Assembly (NCBI GenBank): GCA_009859145.1
Contig: VRVR01000059.1
Coordinates: 1-64,000, forward strand
Length of the DNA: 64,000 nt
Direction: 5' to 3'
DNA from: Andalucia godoyi And28
Lineage: Eukaryota > Protista > Jakobida
In this document: positions 56,505 to 64,000 of the stretch, piece after piece
How positions within the stretch are numbered: the stretch's first letter is position 1
Layout: every line of letters begins with the position of its first letter
Position numbers and translations under genes: made by a program
The notes under the pieces: generated by a model
Databases searched by the model: none
Told to the model about the DNA's origin: nothing
Seen by the model: only the letters and a program-made list of their open reading frames with translations

Positions 56505-58781
56505 ATGTCATCGTCTCCTGCTGCACAGCGAAGAAAATCGACTGGGACAACCGTGGTGCCGCAGCACGCGGTGTCTGCACAAGGGCAACCCAACCAAGTT
56601 TTGATCGGCCGCAACCAGTATCCACAGGAAGAAGGCGAGCCCGTTGCGTTCGACGAGACTGAGGATGCTGGCCTCTTAGATTTTCTCAACACTGTGCTCC
56701 CTCATGAGGATGTCCATCTGTCAGACGACCAGATCCAGGCTTTGTTTCGTGCGCGTTGCGAAGACCAAGGAATTGCTGTGAATCTCGACCGACTTGGTCG
56801 ATTTCGGGATTTCTTGGTGAAGTCGTGTGCTGGACTCTTGTTTTCTGCGCGCGAAGCAGGACTTGGTGAGCGATCCTGCGTTGTTCTGGCAAAAATTTTC
56901 AAATCGAATTCCAACTACTCTCAGCTCGATCTTTCGGGAAACCGCCTTCATGATGAGGGTGCCGTGTATATATCATCGCTTCTTGCATCCCCGACTTGCC
57001 ACATCGTTCGACTGGCAGTAGGAAATTGCGAAATCTCAAAACGAGGCGTGTCGTCGATTTTTGAGCCGTTGATTTCGACGAATGTCACTCTGACGAGTCT
57101 TGATATCCATCGCAATCACATGGGCCAGAAGTCCTGTGAGTTGCTTGGTACGATCCTTGCTGAAAATCAGGTGCTCTACGATTTGAATGTAGCGTCTACT
57201 GGGTTTGGCCCTGATGGAATGCGCGAGATTGCGCTCGGCCTTGGGATGAACTCGACACTTCGCATACTGAATCTTGCTGCGAACTCCATTGGGGCAGAGG
57301 GAATCCGCCACTTTGTTCAGCATTGCATGGCGATTGTGGGGGCCACGTCATCGTTCAGCAGTGGCGATGCGCTTCGATCCGTTCCAATGAACACTTCTCG
57401 GTTTGCCGTGACGCGGCTCAACCTTGCTCGAAATAACCTTGGTGATCGCGGCATGAGCATCCTTTGTCGTGCACTGGTCGACACACGAGGAAAGCACCCG
57501 CTTCAAGAGCTTGACCTCTCCGAAAACGGATTCACGACGGAGGGCTTCAGCGCGCTTTCCAACCTTATTCGGCAAGACCATGTTATTCAGGTACTCTCCG
57601 TTTCGCGCAACGTTTGGACTGCGCAGGTTTCGGCTTCGGAGTTCGCAGATGCTCTTGCGTCGAATGGAACCATTACTCGTATTTCACTGTCCCAGTGCAA
57701 AATCTATGACGAGGCCGGATCGATGATCTTGGAGGCTTGTTCAAGAATGAGTTCTCTGCAGCTGCTGGATGTCAGTCAGAACTATCTTGGCGACGAATCA
57801 GGGAAAATGCTAGCGAAATGCATCTTTGCGTCTGTTGGTTCTTCTGCGAATTCCTCTCTCGCTCCAATGCGATATGGATCTGCTGCACTTGCTCCTACAT
57901 TGGGTGTGAAAGGAACGATCGCCCGCATTGTTGCCGACAAGAACCGCATTGGTGATGCCGGAGGGTTTGCAATCGCGGAAGCGCTGAAAGGGAACCGGGA
58001 TACATTCCTCTCGCTCCGGATGAGCAACAACAAGATTCGGGATGCCGGCGAATTGATTGCAACTGTTCTTTCCGAGAAGAACGAGTATGTCCGAGACGCC
58101 GATTTCTCGATGAACGAAATGAAGTATGAGCATATCATCGCCATCCAGCAAGCTGTTGCTCGGAATCTCGTTCGACACAAAAATTCAAAGACGGAACGAC
58201 TGCAAAACCAGATTTCGTCTCTGGCGTACCAAGAAGACCACCTCACAATGACGTCCAAAATGTGCGAGGAGGAACGGGTCCGGTTGGAACGTGCCAGACA
58301 GACGGTGATTGTCAGAAAGGAAGAACTCGAAGTGCTAAAGACTGCGATGGATCAAGAGAAGAAGCATCTGGAGGGGTTGCAGAAGGATGCCGTGAACGAG
58401 CGTCTTGACAAGGAAACGCGTCTTGAGGACCTGAATCGAGAGATCAGCATCATCAAGGCCAACGGAGAAACCAAACAAGCGATGGTGGTGGCTCGTATTG
58501 AAAACGAAACCAAGAAGAGAGCTGCAATTGCGAAGAGCACAAAGAGGAAAGAACAGGACCTGGAAGAGGAGAGGAGAAAGCAAGAAGAGGACGTCAAGCC
58601 GTTGAAAGAGCAGGTGGAGAAGACCAAGAGACGAGCGTTGATGGCAGAAAAGGAGCTGAAGGAGGAACAGTCGTCGCTGGCAGAGTACGTTGACACTTGG
58701 AAATTGGATGCGACGCATTTTGACGCTGTGGTCCATGAGCCAAAGTACGATCCACAGGCGGCTGCCAGCAGCACCGTGTGA
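56505..58781 (+). CDS. RI-type LRR protein with C-terminal coiled coil
   Basis: Repeated LxLxxNxLG units followed by an E/K-rich coil. Confidence 0.85.
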   Translation: MSSSPAAQRRKSTGTTVVPQHAVSAQGQPNQVLIGRNQYPQEEGEPVAFDETEDAGLLDFLNTVLPHEDVHLSDDQIQALFRARCEDQGIAVNLDRLGRFRDFLVKSCAGLLFSAREAGLGERSCVVLAKIFKSNSNYSQLDLSGNRLHDEGAVYISSLLASPTCHIVRLAVGNCEISKRGVSSIFEPLISTNVTLTSLDIHRNHMGQKSCELLGTILAENQVLYDLNVASTGFGPDGMREIALGLGMNSTLRILNLAANSIGAEGIRHFVQHCMAIVGATSSFSSGDALRSVPMNTSRFAVTRLNLARNNLGDRGMSILCRALVDTRGKHPLQELDLSENGFTTEGFSALSNLIRQDHVIQVLSVSRNVWTAQVSASEFADALASNGTITRISLSQCKIYDEAGSMILEACSRMSSLQLLDVSQNYLGDESGKMLAKCIFASVGSSANSSLAPMRYGSAALAPTLGVKGTIARIVADKNRIGDAGGFAIAEALKGNRDTFLSLRMSNNKIRDAGELIATVLSEKNEYVRDADFSMNEMKYEHIIAIQQAVARNLVRHKNSKTERLQNQISSLAYQEDHLTMTSKMCEEERVRLERARQTVIVRKEELEVLKTAMDQEKKHLEGLQKDAVNERLDKETRLEDLNREISIIKANGETKQAMVVARIENETKKRAAIAKSTKRKEQDLEEERRKQEEDVKPLKEQVEKTKRRALMAEKELKEEQSSLAEYVDTWKLDATHFDAVVHEPKYDPQAAASSTV

Positions 58782-59396
58782 TCCCCATCCATCATGTTCC
58801 CAGTTGATTTATTATTATTATTACTATTTATTATTTTTTCTTATTGTTGTTGCTGTTATTTATCATCCGTCTTGAATTCTTGCGTTTGTTGCAACAACCA
58901 ATGGATTCGGGAATGAGTTTTGTTGTTGAATCTATCATATGTGGGCGGTTGCTGTGCTGCGGGTCGGCCGGGATTTGTAAAGCATGATCTTTTTCTTTTT
59001 TTTCTTTCTCAAAATCGAAGAACCCATATGTATCTTGTTCGATATGATATGATTTCCAAGGAGCATGAACATCGTCACAGTGCCCCCCTCGATCAGTAGC
59101 CAGAACACGCCGTACGCTCACTGTCTACAGGGTGTAAATAATACTGTCCGTTGGCGTTTTGCGGTGAACGTCGAACGTCGAACGATTGTACTCGACGACC
59201 CCTCCGAAAGATGTTGCATAGAATTGACGCTTGCCCCCGAACGCCGACACCGGAGTTCGGGACACCCTTCAAAACAAAAACAAAACAAAAAACTGGTCCT
59301 TTCTCCGCAGTCTACAGACAAGTCAAAACACTCAGCGGTATACGGGGAAAAGAAAGAACGGAGAAGAGGAAGAGGAAGTGACAAGTGGTGTGAGAG

Positions 59397-60242
59397 ATGT
59401 CAAAGATTGCTGCGTCGTGGGATGCTGCTCAGTATCTGCTGCACAATGACTTGCGATCGCGGCCTGCAGTCGACCTCTTGCAGCGCGCAATGTCCGTTAT
59501 GAAGTCGAAGCCTGCGGTTACGACGCCGGTCTCGCAAGTGCAGATTGTGGATCTAGGATGTGGACCGGGGAATTCGACGCGCATTATCGCGTCTGCATTT
59601 CCGAGTGCGACGATCACGGGAATCGACAGTGCCAACGACATGCTTGACAAGGCCAATCGCGACACGTCCGCGAGCGAGTACCCCAATATACGCTTTCAGA
59701 ACCAAGATCTCACGCACTGGGTACCACGCGAGCAGCAAGACTTGATATTCTCCAACGCGCTATATCAGTGGGTCGCAAACCACGATCAGCTTTTCCCGGC
59801 TCTTGCAGCTGCGCTAAAGCCGCAAACTGGAGTGCTGGCGATCCAAATGCCGCGCAATTTCCAAGCTCCATCGCATGTGCTGCTTCGTAAGCTTGCTGGG
59901 GATGCGTCGGAGCCTTGGGAGCCCCTGCTGCGTGGACGGCTTCCAGAAAACCCAGTTGCAGACCCTGTGGACTACTACGCAATGTTGGCGGGGCTGTGTG
60001 CAAAAGTCGACATCTGGGAGACCGAGTACCTGCAGGTGCTGAAGGGGGAGAATCCGGTACTCGAATGGGTCAAAGGAACAGCACTCGTTCCTGTGCGCGC
60101 TGCCCTCCAACAAGACCCGGATCTCTTTGCGCGGTTTGAAGCCAAGTATGCAAGTGCGCTGCGAGACGCATATCCAGTGCGTCCCGACGGTACAACACTC
60201 TTTCCTTTCAGGCGCATCTTTATCGTCGCTCTCGCAAAGTAG
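59397..60242 (+). CDS. tam: trans-aconitate 2-methyltransferase (bacterial Tam-like)
   Basis: WDAAQYL..RSRPAVDLL, DLGCGPGNST, FSNALYQWV, QMPRNF, WVKGTAL and LFPFRRIFIVA. Confidence 0.92.
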   Translation: MSKIAASWDAAQYLLHNDLRSRPAVDLLQRAMSVMKSKPAVTTPVSQVQIVDLGCGPGNSTRIIASAFPSATITGIDSANDMLDKANRDTSASEYPNIRFQNQDLTHWVPREQQDLIFSNALYQWVANHDQLFPALAAALKPQTGVLAIQMPRNFQAPSHVLLRKLAGDASEPWEPLLRGRLPENPVADPVDYYAMLAGLCAKVDIWETEYLQVLKGENPVLEWVKGTALVPVRAALQQDPDLFARFEAKYASALRDAYPVRPDGTTLFPFRRIFIVALAK

Positions 60243-60468
60243 GCGCAGTACCATTGCCATTTTGATGACCCCGGCACTCGTGCTTACCTTCCAGCTACCG
60301 GCCGGTAGTTCTCACAAGCCATCGATTTTTTGTACACCGTAGTTAGACGGTATAGTATAGTGAAGTCAGAGCTCAAAAGTGCAGCGACGTTTCTCCCAGT
60401 CTTCCTTGTTTTCTTCTTATTTTGCATTTCCTTGAATCTTGCTGGGCTGGTTGCTTTTCGGTCGGCGT

Positions 60469-60930
60469 ATGCAATGGGCTCCGGTGCGTCGAGCGTGTCC
60501 GTATGGGGAGTCGGACGCTCCAGACCGAAAGGCCCGTGTTCCCGAGCACATTGAAGAAATTCCCGTTGATGCAGATTCTGGGGCAACCGGGCCCGAGTGC
60601 ATGATGGACTCTGAGGAAGAGGGCAGCGTTCGTCTCCACAGTTCAGTCGACTCTTCGCAGCACGCCGCTTCTCCTTCGGCGGATCCACGCGCTCCCGCTC
60701 CCGCCCTCCGCCTGTTGTCCCCGAACGATCCGCCGGCTATTGGGGAGTCATCTACAGTGGAATGTGCGAAAGAGGAATGCGGACTGTTCTTTGCAAGCGA
60801 GTGGGAAATGGAACTGCACTACGAAGCGGCTCATCGATTCCAATGCGCCATGTGCTCTCAGTCGTTCGCCAGCGCGCAGCACTTATCCGATCATTTGCTG
60901 TTGTACGGCCTGCATTCTCGGCGGTCGTAG
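60469..60930 (+). CDS. C2H2 zinc-finger protein (ZNF511-like, possibly truncated)
   Basis: CAKEEC..F...ELHYEAAH and FQCAMCSQSF..LSDH. Confidence 0.6.
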   Translation: MQWAPVRRACPYGESDAPDRKARVPEHIEEIPVDADSGATGPECMMDSEEEGSVRLHSSVDSSQHAASPSADPRAPAPALRLLSPNDPPAIGESSTVECAKEECGLFFASEWEMELHYEAAHRFQCAMCSQSFASAQHLSDHLLLYGLHSRRS

Positions 60931-61378
60931 TAAAAAGCTCTGACACTCTTTCCCGACACTCTGACATCCCGAGTGACATGCACCCCTGCCACGTGGTGCT
61001 ACGTGCTACACAAAATGTCCATTGTGTAGACTGACTTTCCACTCCAGTCCAAACAAAAGTCAGCCACTGCTGTGTCACTTCCCTCCTTCTTTTTCCTTTT
61101 GTCTCTCCACCACCAACAAAAAAAGTGTCATCCGGTCATTGGCTTACACTTACTTAACGTCAGTCCAATTCTTTTCAAGTCAGAGTGTCTCCAATACTCC
61201 GACTTGCTCTTTGTGATTCGACTCTTCGATCGCTTTTCTTCCTTTCTTTTTGAATTTTCTTTCGAATCTGTATTCTTTCTCTTCTTATCAGTCTCTGGTA
61301 TTAAATATCCCCCTTTTTTAATTTTAAATTTGACATTTTTTCAGCTCGTATTGGTTTGTTGGAGAAGAAACATCAAGA

Positions 61379-61990
61379 ATGAATTCCGAGTACGACTTTC
61401 TGTTCAAGCTTCTTTTGATTGGAGATTCTGGAGTTGGTAAGTCGTGCCTTTTGCTTCGGTTTGCGGACGACACGTACACGGAATCTTACATATCGACTAT
61501 TGGAGTGGATTTTAAGATCCGGACGATTGAGCTGGATGGAAAGACCATCAAGCTTCAGATCTGGGACACTGCGGGCCAGGAGCGGTTCCGGACGATTACG
61601 TCGTCGTACTATCGTGGGGCGCACGGCATTATTGTGGTGTACGATGTTACGGATGCAGAGTCGTTTGAGAACGTCAAGGACTGGTTGTCTGAGATTGAGC
61701 GGTATGCGACGGAAAACGTGAACAAGCTGCTTGTGGGAAACAAGTGCGATTTGGAGTCCAAGCGTGCAGTCTCGACAGAAACGGCAAAGGAACAGGCGGA
61801 CCAGATGTCAATTCCTTTCTTGGAGACGTCTGCAAAGACTGCGCATAATGTGGAGCAGGCCTTCATCACCATGGCACGGGACATCAAGGAACGCATCCAA
61901 CAGGCGCCGCCCCCAACAACCGCTGGAAAGGGTCCAAAGGTCAACGTCGGTGCAAACACCCAATCGGTCAACAAGAAGGGCTGCTGCTAA
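61379..61990 (+). CDS. RAB1: Rab1/Ypt1 GTPase
   Basis: [36 protein letters not shown] and C-terminal CC. Confidence 0.98.
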   Translation: MNSEYDFLFKLLLIGDSGVGKSCLLLRFADDTYTESYISTIGVDFKIRTIELDGKTIKLQIWDTAGQERFRTITSSYYRGAHGIIVVYDVTDAESFENVKDWLSEIERYATENVNKLLVGNKCDLESKRAVSTETAKEQADQMSIPFLETSAKTAHNVEQAFITMARDIKERIQQAPPPTTAGKGPKVNVGANTQSVNKKGCC

Positions 61991-62498
61991 TCTGGTTGAT
62001 TGGTATAAGTCTTCTTCCCTTGGGCTTCACACAACAATGATTCCTCTCTCTCCTTCCGTCTCCGTCTGTGTTTTTTTTTCTGTCGTTGTCCACGTCTTCT
62101 TCCTCCTCCTGCTTTGGCTATCGCCATCTGCTTATTCTCTGTTATCCTTTTGGTGTTTTCTTTTGGTTGCTGTTTTGTTGCGCTGTTTTGTTAATTCTTC
62201 TTCTCAATGGCTGCCAAGAGAAAGATGAAAGGGCTGTGATAAATAATACTCATCTTTTATGCAGTTTCTCGTTCATTCTGTGTATGTGTGTGTGTGTGTG
62301 TGTGTGTGTTATCTTTTGCAACTGTCAACGACGCGCATGCACTCCTCTTTATTCTTCTCGCTCTCTTTCTTCCTTCCTTTCTTTTTCTTTCTTCTTCTTT
62401 CTTCTTCTTTCTTTTCTTCTCTTTTCTTTTCTTTTTTTCCTTCTTCATTTCCTTTTCTTTCTTCTTCCCTTCATTCTTCTGTTCGTTAATAGAGCCTC

Positions 62499-64000
62499 CT
62501 ATGACTTGGAACCTCGCAGAGCTTCTAACTGCTGCGAAAACAAAGCAGCGTCCTCGCCCATGTTGGCCGAGGGCACACGGCGATGCTGGCTTCGCTCTGC
62601 TGCAGATGCCGGGGTGCCTCCAGCTGCTGGAACAGCTGGCCGTGCCGGGGTCTTTGGGGTTTCTGAATAAAACTTTCGGTTCATGTACTTGTCTCGCACA
62701 AATCGCTGCATCTCCGCCATATCCTGCTGCGGAGACGGGCGCTTGTCACGGAGATTTGCTTCGTAGCGCGAATTCACGCGCACATTCCCATGACTGGCCA
62801 TGAATGCGATGGTTTCGGGAGCCCAGAAATCCAGAGTCACGGAGCGGACTTTGGAAATGTGGACGCCAAGATTGCGGTGCAGGCCGGCACACGCGTGGCA
62901 AACAAATACACCAATATTGATCGATGCCCACCGTGGATTGCGAGCTCCACAATCGGCACAAAATTCATTGCCCTTCACCTTCAAGACGTCATCCAGTGAC
63001 ATGTTCGACTTCTCATCGCGATGCACAGAAACATCCTCCACCGTGTCGAACGATGCGTCTTCCTCCTCCTCTAAGCGGTGAGATGAAGACGATGACGAAA
63101 TCATGTTGGTGCCGGTTCTCTCATCATCGTCGTCATCATCATTGTCGTCGTCATCATCGTCTTTTGCCATGTAGGACGGAGACCCCGCGGTGTTGGACAG
63201 CGACGTTGACGAAGAGGAGGATTTGATGGACGTCAGCGTGTCATCCAGAGAGGGCAGGAAGACACGCGACTGGTACTGCGATGAATCGTCCACTTGCTTC
63301 CAAAAGTCCAAAACTTGCTTTCGGTATGCGGAGTTCGTCGGATGTCGGCAAAGCGTCTCGTACACTTCCCCGACAAGCAGAGGGATGACTCCATACTGTG
63401 CATATCCATCAAAGCACAGTCGCCACAAAAAGTTGGAGTACTTCATGACCGCATCATCTTGCTCGTCCGTGTAGTCCCGAGTCGAGGACTGCTCCCAGCC
63501 CGCGAAAGCAAACGTCGGAGACCACACTTTCGCCATCAGGAAATGCGCATACACAAACACCAGCAACTCACCTTCGTCAGCCTGATCTCGCTGTTGATCT
63601 GCGATTTGCTTGAACGCAAGAGCAGTGCTCAGTGGATTGCGAGGCAAGCTATCAAAAAGCTTCTTCGCATCCGGAAATCCAGACAAGACGCGGAACGTGG
63701 GCTTCCAACGCGCTGCAATCGCAGCCAGCGGCGGCCCAAATTCTGCTGCGCGGGCGCGCATACCGTTTCTGAATTCAGGTACCGGACCATTCAAAATGCA
63801 ATGATGAAGAGTAATGAGAACCTTCAGCGCAACAATGGCAGATTTGAGAACTGGTCGCGACAACAAGATGGCCTGAGCATAAGAGACGATGGGCGAGGAA
63901 TCGCCACGTTGGCGCACGGACTCAAAAATGTCCACCAAGATGCGGCGGACGTACTTGTGCTTGGGAGCAGTTGGCAACCGCGAAGTTGCCTTGATAATCC
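62499..64000 (-). CDS. ANTH/ENTH-domain + ArfGAP-domain protein (5' end beyond window)
   Basis: IKAT..APKHKYVR and VALKVLITLH (ANTH); CADC..WASINIGVFVC..C..HRNLGVHISKVRSVTLD (ArfGAP). Confidence 0.85.
   Translation of the reverse strand, partial: IIKATSRLPTAPKHKYVRRILVDIFESVRQRGDSSPIVSYAQAILLSRPVLKSAIVALKVLITLHHCILNGPVPEFRNGMRARAAEFGPPLAAIAARWKPTFRVLSGFPDAKKLFDSLPRNPLSTALAFKQIADQQRDQADEGELLVFVYAHFLMAKVWSPTFAFAGWEQSSTRDYTDEQDDAVMKYSNFLWRLCFDGYAQYGVIPLLVGEVYETLCRHPTNSAYRKQVLDFWKQVDDSSQYQSRVFLPSLDDTLTSIKSSSSSTSLSNTAGSPSYMAKDDDDDDNDDDDDDERTGTNMISSSSSSHRLEEEEDASFDTVEDVSVHRDEKSNMSLDDVLKVKGNEFCADCGARNPRWASINIGVFVCHACAGLHRNLGVHISKVRSVTLDFWAPETIAFMASHGNVRVNSRYEANLRDKRPSPQQDMAEMQRFVRDKYMNRKFYSETPKTPARPAVPAAGGTPASAAERSQHRRVPSANMGEDAALFSQQLEALRGSKS

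Overview
Gene-dense, apparently intron-free stretch of a microbial-eukaryote (protist) nuclear genome using the standard code (TAA, TAG and TGA all end clear genes). It holds about 31 candidate protein genes separated by short AT-rich, microsatellite-rich spacers. Recognisable products include arsenite methyltransferase, an atypical aquaporin, alkaline ceramidase, a bacterial-like transaldolase, AP-3 delta, SWEET, GINS Psf1, maspardin, cyclin, Sec14, isoaspartyl peptidase, synapsin, RING E3s, a DOC+cullin protein, Tam and Rab1. Three mobile-element families are present: a ~610-bp TIR MITE (two copies), a frameshifted IS630/Tc1-mariner transposase, and two ~280-350-bp internally deleted TnpB/Fanzor-derived elements. 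The Fanzor-derived elements are the main finding. They keep only the N-terminal HTH and the final RuvC-III motif plus a structurally conserved omegaRNA-like right end (UUCG hairpin and pseudoknot), and they bracket the DOC-cullin gene as an inverted pair. All family assignments come from motif recognition by eye; no database searches were run.
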